A program made the translations under genes and the position numbers. The notes under the pieces are model-generated. The model searched no databases. It was not told where the DNA came from and was given only the letters and a program-made list of their open reading frames with translations. DNA of 63,841 bases, counting the filler, from Rozella allomycis CSF55 (taxonomy: Eukaryota), in NCBI GenBank assembly GCA_000442015.1. It is 13 parts of 13 records of this genome, joined end to end, with 100 filler letters (N's around TTAATTAATTAA, not from the genome) between each part and the next. Parts side by side here need not be neighbours in the genome. Positions count along the whole stretch, not along the records: positions 34,384 to 40,732 come from KE560452.1; positions 40,833 to 42,128 come from KE560455.1; positions 42,229 to 44,897 come from KE560457.1; positions 44,998 to 46,069 come from KE560459.1; positions 46,170 to 48,646 come from KE560463.1; positions 48,747 to 56,407 come from KE560465.1; 7 more parts are not named here. One strand, 5' to 3'. Positions 38,221-50,818 of this stretch are shown here, in pieces. Position 1 is the stretch's first letter; each line of letters starts with the position of its first letter.

Positions 38221-39602
38221 CTAAATTTTATTATAAAAAATTATGTAGGAATTCTTGATACAATCATTTTGAGTATCATTTTCTACTGTTATACATTCTG
38301 CATCGCTAAAATGTAGTGACGATTTATTGTCAATATTGACCAGTGAACAATAATGCCCAGAGTATGGCGTGCTCCCAATATGGTATATTAAAGAGCCTAG
38401 AGAATATCCAGAGAGCGAATTTGGATCCACTGCAACATTATTCTTCCACAGAAGCCCATCCCTATATTCAAACCTATTTAATGTAAGAGCTAATAGATCT
38501 GGTTTGTGTATTATTTTATGAGACAAATTGGCATTGGTAAATTCATTACAATTCTCACATTGATAATTTTCTAAGTTTTCCGTGAGAGTTTCATAATTGT
38601 CGAATAGACATTGAATGTTGGTATCGTTATTTGAGAGTGGCAGATGAAGATTAAATGAATTTTCTGTACTAAAACTAAAAGTTCCACATTTCACACATTC
38701 CACTTTCTTTTGTATTGAAATCATAAATTTGGCTTTAAAGGTTTCTAGAGCAATTTTGTTTTCGCATTTTAAAATTTCTAATAGATCATCCATTAAGAGA
38801 ATGTAAAATTCGTGTGCGTCATGCTGATCAGAGTTGTTTAATTGTTCATGCTTGCTGACCACCCATTTTCTCACATTTACAACTGAAGATATTTTATGTG
38901 TTTCAAGGCTACTGAATAGTTTATTAAGGTGAAGAAATCCTTCATTTCTATGATCCATTGACTGGGCAAAAGATTTAAATATTTGGCAATGAAAAAGTGA
39001 AATCATAATTGAATTAATAAAACACCAATTTCCAGGATTTATCAATCTATATTAATTAACTTGCATTATAATTACCCTCTTTTCTCTACTCGCAATTGTG
39101 CGTCGGATTTGTAAAATGAGCGAAGACACCTTTTTGGGGATACGGGAGTGTGGATGGTTATCGGCTTCTTTTTTATAGGACTGTGAACTTCTTGGACCTT
39201 CCTCTTATGTACAAGATTCTTCATGGGTGAGGATGGCGATGAAAGATTTCTCGATTCCAAATTAACTTTGGATGCACTTTTAGGAGTAAAAACGTCTTTG
39301 AGGTCGATTTTTTCAGTTCTTTTTCTTCTCGGTATTGAGTCTAACCACTCTGATATTATTTTGTAATCGTCTTGATTCTTGCATACGATTTGGAATCTTC
39401 CACTTGCACTTGACCCTGAAGTGCTAAATGTGATTGCTTGATTTGCTGCATTAAGGAATACATGTTTCAAATGGTTCACAAGTGGAATAACCCTTTCTTG
39501 AAATGAAAACGTTCCATTTCGCAGTGTAATATTTAACTTGTCAAATTCAAGTTTTTCTCCAACAAGTGGACTCCATTCTATTTTATCTATCAAAACTTCC
39601 AT
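38221..39602 (-). CDS. Ubiquitin-specific protease with a PH-like N-terminal domain (USP37/26/29-like)
   Basis: Spliced Cys box GLINPGNWCFINS, QHDAHEF, and His box HIGSTPYSGHY. The linker is rich in S/T-P sites. Confidence 0.8.
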
Positions 39603-39615
39603 CTCTTATATGCGA

Positions 39616-39693
39616 TTTTGGCGGGAAGAAAAAACTGCAAGGGTGAATTTTTTGTCAATTTCCCTTGACTTTATGAAAATCTCGGCGCGCAAA
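39616..39693. promoter_or_regulatory. Candidate E2F-type sites upstream of the USP gene
   Basis: TTTTGGCGGGAA (39616-39627) and GGCGCGCAAA (39684-39693) in an AT-rich promoter. Confidence 0.45.
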
Positions 39694-39758
39694 TTACGGG
39701 CTAACATTAAAAACTGCTATAAAACTCAAAATAGGTTTATTATACATAAAAAATCTAC

Positions 39759-40179
39759 TTACATAAAAAAGGTTCAACAAGCCTTTTGATTTCTAATCGA
39801 TTTTCGTCATCCATTCCATGTCCCATTTGATTTGTTTTCTGCAACTTGCATTCAAGCATTTCCATGACGGCTTCAAATTCATTTCTCATTCTTTCAAGTT
39901 TATCCGTTTCAGACAACTATAAAAACCATCATAACTAATCTACCACAACCAATTGCAGGTCGCCCGCATTTCGTATCATTATAGTCTGTTTTTCCAGCAC
40001 CAAATATTCCAGTTCCTGGTTCTCCTGGTACTCTCTTTCCAACCAATCAAAAGCACTTACGACATGAGTGCAGCAATTCCCTTGAACAGCATCAGCTTGC
40101 TCAAATCTATTTCAATAATTCCACACGAAAACAATACGTCCTCTTTCTTCTTATCAAAAAACGAAACACCCTGAATCAT
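39759..40179 (-). CDS. Small hypothetical protein (2 micro-introns; not in the ORF track)
   Basis: MIQGVSFFDKKKEDVLFSCG... is kept in frame by 26- and 27-nt GT-AG introns to TAA at 39759. Confidence 0.6.
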
Positions 40180-40232
40180 CCTGTCTCATTATCACGTGAC
40201 TATTACCAAACAAAAAATTCTACGAAATTCAA

Positions 40233-40732
40233 ATGACGACCAACGCCACACTGATGGATCTTGTAGCCGGGTCGGTAAGCATTAAATTGGCGTAATATAC
40301 AGCTGGCCGGTCTCGTTGGCAAGATTGTTGAGCACCCGTTCGATACGATTAAGGTGAAATTGCAATCGCAGCCGGTAACTGGCGCGAAAATGTATAATGG
40401 GCCATTGAATTGCTTGGTGAAGAGTGTGCGGCAAAATGGGTTTTGGAATTTGTATCAAGTAAATTGCAGATGGTTGGTGGAGAGGGACTGCCGAGCCCGC
40501 TGATTGGCAGTATGGCGGAAAATGCGGTTCTGTTTCTTACTTATGGGCAGGTAATGAAGGAACTGGACAGGTATGACTTGACTATGTTGCAGAAATCTGT
40601 TATCGCGGGAGCTGTTGGTGGGTTTTTTGTGTCAAAGATACTGACACCGATTGAGCTGATTAAATGCCGGATGCAGATACAGCATGAAGCGTTTAGCAAA
40701 GTTGAACATAGAGGATCATTTGATTGCTTTAA
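40233..40732 (+). CDS. Mitochondrial carrier, ornithine/basic amino-acid type (3' partial)
   Basis: Motifs HPFDTIKVKLQ, LYQGLPSPLIGSMAENAVLF and TPIELIKCRMQ. Confidence 0.9.
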
Positions 40733-40832
40733 NNNNNNNNNNNNNNNNNNNNNNNNNNNNNNNNNNNNNNNNNNNNTTAATTAATTAANNNNNNNNNNNN
40801 NNNNNNNNNNNNNNNNNNNNNNNNNNNNNNNN

Positions 40833-41932
40833 ATAAGAGTGTGGAGATGGAGTTGTTTTTGTGTAAAGAGATGGGCATTAAAGTAAGGGATTGTTTGAGT
40901 GAAGATAGAAAATGGAAAAATGGAGTGAGAGTGTGCAGAGTAGTATGAAGAATATGCAAGTGCTGACGAGGGTGTATTTGGAGCCTGTTGTTGAGAGGAT
41001 GGCGATAATGATGAATTATTTTAAAGAGTAAGAGTGTTGATTGTGGATTGAAAGTGTTGTTGTGTGCAAAGAAGAGTATGAGCATGTGAAGAGGATGATT
41101 ACTGAATTTTATGAAAAGAGTGGTCAGTTTGATGATGGGATCAATGAATTGAGCGAAGAGTTTGTAAAGTTTAGTGAATGGATTAGAATGTGTAAGTGTG
41201 GTGAAAGAGATTGAATAGTGATTGAAGTGTTGGATAATGAGAGTGAAGTGAATGAAGAGAATGTGAGTGATTTGGAGTATGAAAAGATATTTAAATTTCT
41301 GCAAAAGAAGAGACTGTTTGGAAATACTGTTGTGAATGAGATGATGAGGGATGAGAATGCAGATGGGTTTAAGCAGAGAATTGAGATTATAAGATTCAAA
41401 GCTAATAAATTGTTGGAGAAGAGGATGGATTTAATTTATGACTCGCTTTGTAGTGAAGTTGTTGGTAGGATTGGGAGTGTTGAAGGTGGATGGAAAATGT
41501 ACCAGCATTTGAATGTAAGTTGGAATTAATTGAATTAAATAGAAATTTCTGCTGATGGGACTGATGAATGAAGAGTTGGCGTTGATTAAAGTTGGAGATA
41601 GGGGAAACATTTCAGTGTTAAAGTTGAGATTTGAGAATAGATTGATAGATTGTGAATTGTATGGAGACGAAGAGGTTGTTGTTTTGTTTTCAAATGAATT
41701 TTCAGTGTTGAATTTTAGTGATTATTTGTGGAATGAATGTTTTTGGGATTCTAATGTAGATTTAGTTGAGATAATTAAAGATGTAGAGAGTCAAAAGTGT
41801 GAAATAGACAATGGAAAGCAACTTTGGACTAGAGGGAATATTTCATCTTTTAGTGTTGTTAAAGGGCGCCAATTGGGATTATTTGTGTATCAAGATTGTC
41901 AGCAATTCAAACTATTTGATCTAGGGGAGTAA
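40833..41932 (+). CDS. APC4: APC/C subunit Apc4-like (5' partial, 4 micro-introns)
   Basis: The spliced frame LFLCKEMGIKKMEKWSESV...YLEPVVERM...FVKFSEWI matches the Apc4 long-domain pattern. Confidence 0.6.
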
Positions 41933-43042
41933 CAGTGGATTAATAGGTGTAAGGTGTAAGGGAGAGAAGAATAAATTAAATAAATTTTGTTATAGCAGAT
42001 TTACTGTAATATGTAGAGACTGATCATACTGTGGATAGACTCACTTTTACTCTCATATAGTTTATATCCTCATTAGTTTATTTCTTCATTAGTTTATTTC
42101 CTTGTTGCTGTAATGAAAGTTGTAATCTNNNNNNNNNNNNNNNNNNNNNNNNNNNNNNNNNNNNNNNNNNNNTTAATTAATTAANNNNNNNNNNNNNNNN
42201 NNNNNNNNNNNNNNNNNNNNNNNNNNNNGAATAAATAAAATAATTTAATAAAGCAACTTTTTCAATCATTTGGTTACTTTAGCTTAGCAAAAACATTCTC
42301 TTCAAAAGTATATAAATAGTGTTTTGTTCTCAAACTAAGACTAAGCAGAGCAAATACACAGGCTGAAATGTAACAAAATTTTACCAAATCAAATTTCGGA
42401 TGTTCAGGTGGCATCATGAAACAGGCCCTTACTAATAAGGCCTTAGCTGTTTCAACCGCAACATTATTCTCGTGGGTGTAATTCTTCATATGCAAACTTA
42501 TGTGCTGAAGCACCAAAATCAAAAACAAAACAATGTATTTCTTTACATTGTGCCTTGGGGTGCCCAAGTCTCTTGCATTTAAAGGACATTATTTTAACTT
42601 TGTTACCTTTCTGGTTTTATTTCATAAATATCAATTCAACTTTCTATCTTGTTCTAGAATTAACAACTTCAAATTGCATATCTCTTAAATTTGTTCTTGT
42701 CTAGTTTTTAAACTACTAAATCATCAAGGTACACATTCCGAAGTAATATTCCAATTTTCTTAAACTCTTTTCATATTTAGCAATAGAGTCATTACTTGTT
42801 TTTCCATTAGGTTTGATAAAAGACTTAACTGCTTTGGCTTTCCCTATGTTTGCGTTGCGCATATTCATGTTCTTTACATTTTGCTTTGCTCTTCTGATAT
42901 GTGCAAGGTGATATTTAGATATCAATAATGCAATTGTTGCCAAAGCGTCAAGGTCCGGATGACAGTTTTGGTTGTGTTGAGTTGATCTTGCAAATCATTA
43001 TATTGTTGGCTAATCTATTCAGTAAGGGAACTCGCCATTTTC

Positions 43043-43845
43043 TTGGAAGAGCTTTTGGCAGCAAATCCTCCTAAATCAATTACTAAAGCGTTATACATTT
43101 CTCTTGCGGAATCTACACGTGAACTGCTATGCATAAAACGATTAGTGGGTGAATTGGGTTGTTTCATTTCTGAACCCATTGTTATGATTGAATATAATCA
43201 AGGTGTTGTCAAAATTATTAAATCTGGTACACACCAAAATAGAGTAAAACCTGTGGATATCGCATATCTATGACTGGAACAAGCATCAGACATCTGGACG
43301 ATATTTACGCTTGAAGAGACTGGCGCCAAGGCCAAATGCAAGATCTCATTTAGTGTGCCTATGCTGCACATCAAACAGTACATGTAACTTTTTGTGAAAA
43401 TCAAAGAATGCAAAGTTCTCTTGCCTTCATTCCCTCAGCATTCGTCTAGGTCCAATACCGTTACCTGTCAAGAATAATAAATGAATTGCGAATTAGTTTA
43501 ATTACGTGAATGGAAATTTACATTAATATATCACTTTAATATAAGTTCAGCATGAATTCAATAAATTACATTTAACGTTAATGTCCTATTATTTTATTAT
43601 TATTTTGTTTACCTGAGTTAACAAGCAGCTTATGCTCTGTAAAAAAATCGAATGTTACAAGATTGAACATTCACTTTATGCAAGGAGCGTGCAATTTTTG
43701 CTAATCCAGAAAACTCAACGCTGCGAATAAGGAAATGTCTACGTAATAAACACCGTTTATGCCTGCTATATTACTTCTGCGAGCCGTCACAAAATAACAC
43801 TATCAATCTTTGGCACGTCAGGCTCAGTCACTTCAATAACGTCAC
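43043..43845 (+). mobile_element. Ty1/copia LTR retrotransposon relics
   Basis: RNase H remnant YISLAESTRELLCIKRLVGELG..PIVMIEYNQG..VKPVDIAY. GAG-pre-integrase remnant NLWHVRLSHFN at about 43805. Confidence 0.8.
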
Positions 43846-44130
43846 CATACGAGATGTGTTCAAGCAAAATTGAGTTTTTGATAAACTTAATCCATTAACT
43901 GAAAGACCATCTATAAATGAATGGAGTCAAATAATGTTGAAGTATCCTGATGTTAACAAAACTGCATCTAAAAACAGATGCATCAAGCATAGGCCCTGGA
44001 GGCCGTGCTATATCAGCAAGAGGACGGCGAAAATCAATATGTCTGTTTCAAGGGGAACGCAATTACAGCTAAACAAAAAGGGAATTCGCGGAAATTATAT
44101 TTGCCTTAAAGAAGTTCCATAACTAAGTTT

Positions 44131-44331
44131 TTGCAAGCCACTTCACCCTATATACGAATCATCGAGCTCTTGCTTTTCTTTCTTTTTACACAAAAGCATG
44201 TTACTGCCATGATGAATAGTTGGATGGATCCATTATTAGAGTATGATTTCCAAATCATACAAAACATCAAAAAGAACCCTAGGAATAAAAGTAAACATGA
44301 AGCGGTTGTCCCCGTAACAGATCACTTTTAG
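44131..44331 (+). mobile_element. Ty3/gypsy RNase H relic
   Basis: LFFLFTQKHVTAMMNSWMDPLLEYDFQII resembles the gypsy motif L..L.TQK.....RW...L.EYDF.I. Confidence 0.6.
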
Positions 44332-45054
44332 GTGTCCCAAAAAGTACATCTGCGCCGTGCCTAATCAATCGGAGAGGTGTCCTGCCAAACAGCAATGCCA
44401 CTACCTACTTAGGTGAATTATGGCACACTGGTCGTTAAGAAATATGCGCTACGACATTGTTTATCCACCTTGTCCTCACAAATGCATACACTCCTGAAAA
44501 ACATGGAAACGCTGAAGTCAAGAATAGAGCGCTACGCTATCAATGCTACATTCTGCAAGTTTGCCATCAACTATGTGGGTAACGGCACTCATTGCGACAA
44601 ATCACATTCCGTAAAACAGACATTAGAATCCAATACTCTATTAAAGGGTTTCACGGAAGGAAAACTGATTTATCAAACTTCAGTGCATACGGTTTGAATC
44701 TTTTGCACACATACCAAAACAATTGTGAAACGAGCCATACTTCCATTGAATCAAATGCAACATGGTTGAAATATGAGCATACTTTATAATGATGCCAATT
44801 TGGGCCAGTATGAACCACATAGTGATTGTTACGTGTCACGCAGTGTTAAAAAATACATCTCAATTGATGTTTATAGAAGCAAAAAGTATCAAAAAAANNN
44901 NNNNNNNNNNNNNNNNNNNNNNNNNNNNNNNNNNNNNNNNNTTAATTAATTAANNNNNNNNNNNNNNNNNNNNNNNNNNNNNNNNNNNNNNNNNNNNGAG
45001 TGTCAATCATTTGATTTTCGAAATTTCGAATAGATGAAAGATTGAAACCTGGCC

Positions 45055-45790
45055 ATGAAGTACATTTTCTTGCTACTTTATATGTATGTGAAAATGATCG
45101 ATAATGCTTCAATCAAATCACCCATATCTTTACAAGACCTTCCTTATGATGTCTTGAATATAATATTTAGGTACATTCCGATCGACACTCAAGTGGCAAT
45201 AGTCGAGGCTGCTGAATCTAATACTTTTCTTCATTTGGTGCTTCCAAAACTGATATCCAAAGTGGTGAATAATGAAAATCCNCTGATATCGAAAGTGGTG
45301 AATAATGAAAATCCAGCTTCAGCTAGTGTAGATATGAAATGCATCATAGTAACGGCAAAGAATCCCAAGAGAGTGAATATAATTATGCGTAAAGTTCTTA
45401 ATGAAGATATTGAAAACGTCTTGTATACTGAGAGGTACTTGTGGGATGATTTTCATTCTTGTTGTTGCAGAGACGAAGAGAATTTTCAATTGGACAGAAA
45501 CATGATTATTGATGGCTTAAAGCGNACGATTATTTTTGAGAGATATTATATTATGCAGTGATCACAAACTAAAACTTAGACATCTAAATCTATTTATGGA
45601 AAGCAACGTTGCCTCTTGTAAAGACCTTTTATTGAATTATATTCCAAAAATGTCATACGCGTTACAAGGTAGATATGATCATCTCCATATTTCTGAACTC
45701 TTCAAGGACCATTTAAAACGATGTAATCGTGAAAATTGTCCAATCAAAGAATATTCTGATGATTTTTTTAATACTTCAACGATCATTTAG
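45055..45790 (+). CDS. F-box protein (interrupted by assembly Ns)
   Basis: F-box motif LQDLPYDVLNIIFRYIP. Confidence 0.65.
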
Positions 45791-46844
45791 CCCATGTTAG
45801 TGAGGAGTCTTTAAAAACGCATACTTTCGAATGGTTTATTAAAGAAAAGGCCAATGTTTTCAGCCAGGATCAAAATAATGAATATTTTTACAATACGTTT
45901 CATCCGTCTAAATGGTATTGGCCTACTCGGGTAAATCTCGAAATTTTTATTCAGTTTTTAAACACAAGGTTACTGGTTTAAAGGAATATTTTGTACATTC
46001 GGAGTTTCCGGCCCTCACATTTGCGCGTCTTGCAGATGTCGTAATTGACCAGCTCACTGAGCAAGATTTNNNNNNNNNNNNNNNNNNNNNNNNNNNNNNN
46101 NNNNNNNNNNNNNTTAATTAATTAANNNNNNNNNNNNNNNNNNNNNNNNNNNNNNNNNNNNNNNNNNNNCAATTTGTTCTTCTCATTGATGTCAGATCAT
46201 ATGGCAATCTCTGAAATAAATAAATATGTTATTTTGATATATATTAAGATTATTTTTGCTTCTTAAAGACAATGGTCTGAATTTATCTATATTTGTCATC
46301 CAGGACGACAAAGAGACAATATTTTGATATCGTTCACGGGTCAAAATATATTCAGTGAAAAAAGATTTCAAAGGGAAGTCTTTTTGGCTTTAATTGCATG
46401 TTTCTATTATAGCGAGACGCTAATTATGCATATCTTAAGAATTAAGATATATCTTATGATAGATAATGATACAATACTGAGAATACTCTAACATTTGTCG
46501 ACATCCAAAACATCAAATAACAACTCCTGCAATGGGTTGAACCTTTTTTCTTTGTAGTTCCAACACATCAATTTAGTTCCTTCAAAAAACAAGTTTTACA
46601 TCTGTTAAAGATTATGAAATTCAAGAGTTGAAACAATATGTCCTAAATAAATTAATTGAAATGCCTTTACTTTTTAAATGTTATTATTCATTTAAAGATC
46701 CAAGGTCATTCTATTATCCATCAATGAACGAGAATGCTGAAAGTTCTAAATATAGAAACCTTTGCATTTGATTCATTCCGCACGACTGGTGGACTGGAGA
46801 ATGAGATTAAGTTTACCCCGGTTAATGCGATTGGCAGACGCTAA

Positions 46845-47526
46845 GTGTTGGTGACTGGAAGTGCCGTGAGTTATTTGTCGTTGCATTTTATTAATCGTTA
46901 TGGGATGCTGTTGAAGATTTTATCAAAGTTTGAGCTGCGTAGATTGTGCCGTGTTACTGGAGTAACTGTTCTAGCACGTGTTAGAGTGCCAATGGCTGAA
47001 GAGATTAAATTTTGTGATGTGGTAGAGACTGTTGAGATTCGTGATAGACGCTCAGTGTTTCGACAAGGGGGAGAGAGTTCCTAGACAGTTAGTATTGTAG
47101 TTCGTGGAGGAACTGTGAATTATTTGGATGAAATTGAGAGATCTATTGATGTTGCGGTGAACAATGTGAAATCTTTTGCAAAAGATAATAGATTGGTGGC
47201 TGGTGCAGGTGCCTTTGAGATTGAACTAGCAAGATCGCTTTTAGCACACGGAGAAAGGATTCCGGGGTTGACGCAATGTTCAGTCATCAGTGATAAAATT
47301 TGGATAAGCATTGCAAATAATCCCGCGCACTCTAGATGAGAATGCAGGGTTTGATTCAACAGCTGAGATTGCCAATCTGTTTGCGCTCCATGAACAAAGC
47401 AGCGCAACGTTGGGATTTAGCGTTGAAGAAGGTGGCCAAATTGATGCAGCGGAAGAGAGAATTTTTGATTCTCATGCGATTAAATTAATAAGATTGGCGA
47501 CAGACGCAGCTCTCAACGATAAGTAA
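46845..47526 (+). pseudogene. CCT8: Degenerate fragment of chaperonin CCT8 (theta)
   Basis: SKFELRRLCRVTG, IVVRGGT.NYLDEIERSID and RLVAGAGAFEIELA, with stops and frameshifts. No 5' half. Confidence 0.85.
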
Positions 47527-47558
47527 AGATTTTGTGTTTCTATTTTTAGATTCTGGCA

Positions 47559-48040
47559 CAGTGACTCTCAGCCGAGCCGAGCCGAGTGCCTTGTTGAAAT
47601 TTACATTGGGGTCCTTGAAGTTTTCTCTCATATCCGGGTCCCAGTTAGTGCTTTGATGTTTTATATGATGTCTTTAACAAAAATCTGACAATTACCAGTA
47701 AAAACTCTCGAGAGGTTTGAAACTTACCGTGAGGGTCCTGGACGTTTTGCTGGAAATCACGATTCTAACCAGCCTATTAATGTTCCACTAGTCATAAATA
47801 TAATTAATAGAATATGCGTTAATGTTTAAAGCTCCACTGATTTCTTTGGATCTATAATATATATATATAGAATCGATTGAGTAAAAATGGCTACAGATAA
47901 AGTCACCAGAAAATTTCATCAGTGTTATTGAACATGTTATTGATACGAACAAGAAATTAATGGTCAAAATTATTAACCTCGGCTCTGCTCGGCTATGACA
48001 TTGTCATTGATACGAACAAGAAATTAATGGTCAAATTTAT
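47559..48040. mobile_element. MITE-like element with imperfect terminal inverted repeats and AGCCG subterminal repeats
   Basis: Left end CAGTGACTCTCAGCCGAGCCGAGCCGAG versus right end (reverse complement) CAATGTCATAGCCGAGCAGAGCCGAG. Internal sequence is shared with 22850-22960. Confidence 0.6.
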
Positions 48041-48348
48041 CGGATGGTGAGTTTACGACCCGGACTTCAGAAACGATTTTGGCATGTTGAATTCACACCA
48101 TTTTCACCTCGAATACACACTCACTTTAAGGGATGTACATCGTTAACTAGGGGAGTTGTCGAGTGGTGTGGGTGTGTACAGTGTATGTGTGGATATATCT
48201 TCCAAGTAATTCATGAATTAGTTGCCAAAATTGCCTTATTCCAACTTGAAATTCGAAAAAAATATGAAAAGGAATCTTGATTTTCATTTTTCATTCATAA
48301 TTGCTCACTCTATGTTTTGTCCTCTTTTCCATATTTCCTAAATCATAA

Positions 48349-48468
48349 ATGGCAGATCCCAGCTCATATTCAAATACCGATAGATATAATATTACTCATA
48401 TAAATTTGGATTGTAAAATTGATTTTGATGTTAATGCTATAATCGGAGAAGTGGGAGAAGCATTTTAA
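48349..48468 (+). pseudogene. Truncated 5' fragment of leukotriene A4 hydrolase/M1 aminopeptidase
   Basis: MADPSSYSNTDRYNITHINLDCKIDFDVNAIIGEV followed shortly by a stop. Confidence 0.7.
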
Positions 48469-48971
48469 TCAAATCAAGGTTGAGTTGATTGCTGCTGATA
48501 CTATTACACAAATATGTGTAGATCTGTTGTTGGCCTTTCCCTTTGAGAATATTTTTGATGCAATGTCTCTTATTCAACAAATCATCCCAGGTAACTAGAG
48601 AGCTGGCTGTCGCTCCATGCGCTTATAGTATCTTAATCCTCGTAAANNNNNNNNNNNNNNNNNNNNNNNNNNNNNNNNNNNNNNNNNNNNTTAATTAATT
48701 AANNNNNNNNNNNNNNNNNNNNNNNNNNNNNNNNNNNNNNNNNNNNTTTGCGAAACCGTTTGCGCGATTTTCGAAACACGTCCAATGGTAGCCTATTATT
48801 CGATTTCAATTTATGATCTCCAAAATTTATTTACACTTCAACCCAATATGTATTGTATCTTCATGTATTTTTATTATCGTTGAGGGCTTTTTTGTTGTCA
48901 ATTGCCTGTCTGTTAGAAATTCATCAGAAATATGTAAAATTAATTGTTATACTGTACTATAATATAATTTA

Positions 48972-50118
48972 TTAAAACCTGGTTTCAAATATATGAGGAA
49001 GGCTGCTAATTGATTGAATTTTCTCAAACAGATAATCAAAGCTGCTATCATCACGCACAATTTCTTTAAACCGATTAACCAATAAATGTCCAAACATTTT
49101 ATCACCCCTCAGGAATAGATTGTCAGTTGGTGCCATATTTTTCAGAATTTCAAGGGACTCTACACCTTCTTCATTGTTGAGGATATATGCTTTCATAATG
49201 TGAAATGCAACAACATCATCGTCAGTCGTCAAAGTCTCATTATCAAGTTTATATTTAGCAGTTTCAATGAAATACCCCGCTTCCGACGGATCCACACGCG
49301 ACAGGAACTTTGCAATATACAAATCATCAATAGTCAGCAAACTATGTCCGCCCAAAACCCTGAATTCAATAAAATCCTTGGCAATCCTATCAATCTCTGG
49401 TATATTAGTCTGGCTAGCAATATCAAATGTCATGGTATACAGCCTTCTCGGCACCGGGAAAAAGTAGTCGGGGAAGATTGGAAACATTTGCATCAAACAA
49501 TAAAAATTCTTCAAAACATCCGCCTGCTCGGGATCGCCATTGCGGATGCTCTCTACACACGTTCTGTGGAAATACTGCGACAAATAGAACAGTGTTGGCA
49601 TGCCCGGATTGAGCCCATAAATGCGCCGATTGAGAAGCATTTCCAAAGCCTTGTCCGCCTGATGGTGCTTTGCACACTGCATGATAATAGGATGCGCCTG
49701 CTCGACGTCAAACGTGCGTCTCGAGAACCTGTACACTGCCAGCAAATCAAGCAGCATGTCGAAATCATCCTTTGTGCTGAGATTCTGGAAGAAAATGTTG
49801 AAATCATGCTTGCGCGGATGTTTCTGGTTGATGACCATGTTGGTTCGCAGTCTCTTGTACATTTCCAGCACTTTGGGTGTGGGATTCTCTAATTTATCGA
49901 GAAGCGGTATTGTTTTGATGATTTCTGGGTTTCGCGGATTCAGTTTCTGCATTTTCTTGACCTTGTTGTAGTTTATGTCCAGCATGCGCTGCTGCAGACG
50001 CTCCCTTGTACGCTTCTCTGGGTTGGCAATGAAATGGATGGTTACCTACATGGGGAGGCATTCGAAACCTCTCTTTAAGGGCATGGAGGATTCTTGATTG
50101 TGTAAATGTTCTGAGCAT
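48972..50118 (-). CDS. Probable mitochondrial helical-repeat (PPR-like) protein
   Basis: Presequence-like MLRTFTQSRILHALK, one 28-nt intron, and PPR-like IIMQCAKHHQADKALEMLLNRRIYGLNP. Confidence 0.55.
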
Positions 50119-50304
50119 TGAGTGGACCGTAAAAGGAAATTTGCGATATTTAATTAACACTTTGCAAGACAACAAAACACAAAATTAACAAAGCAACATA
50201 TCTCTACGTCCATTTCTCCATACTAAAACTTATCCTACGTCCATTCCTCCATACTAAAAGTATCGCGCATGCAGTGTCCAATACGCAAAATATAGAAACT
50301 AATG

Positions 50305-50580
50305 TGGTATACCACAGGCTCAGATTAAAGATAAGTTTTACATTAGCAAAAAGGAATGCATCAATTATTCTGAGAAGACTGGCATAAATACATACATAAA
50401 AAAGCAACGTATTTTTTTGAAACCAAACATATTTTATTTAAATGTTTATGCCACAGCCAGTCTTTTCAGAATGAAACCAGGCAAAAATTTGGCTGACCCG
50501 ATAACCATTAACTGCTTTAAAAGTAACATTCCTTTTTGCTAATGTAAAACTTATCTTTAATCTGAGTCTGTGGTATACCA
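50305..50580. mobile_element. Foldback/MITE-like element with 54-bp terminal inverted repeats
   Basis: 50305-50358 and 50527-50580 are reverse complements with one mismatch. A nested inner IR is also present (attctgagaagactggc / gccagtcttttcagaat). Confidence 0.75.
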
Positions 50581-50818
50581 TAATACCAATTATGATTAAC
50601 GAATTTTAGACATAGTCAAACCAAGGCCACTAACAGGGACCACATTAAGCCAATCACCGCTATCTGTTACATACTGAGAATTTAGAACCGCTATATTCCT
50701 ATCGGTTGCTTCTTCTTACCATAGTCCATAACTTGAAAGCTTTGTGTACAATGGTAAAAAGTCATTATTTTTACACTCTAAAAACTCTAAAACTTCAATA
50801 TCAAATTGTAAAGCGCGT

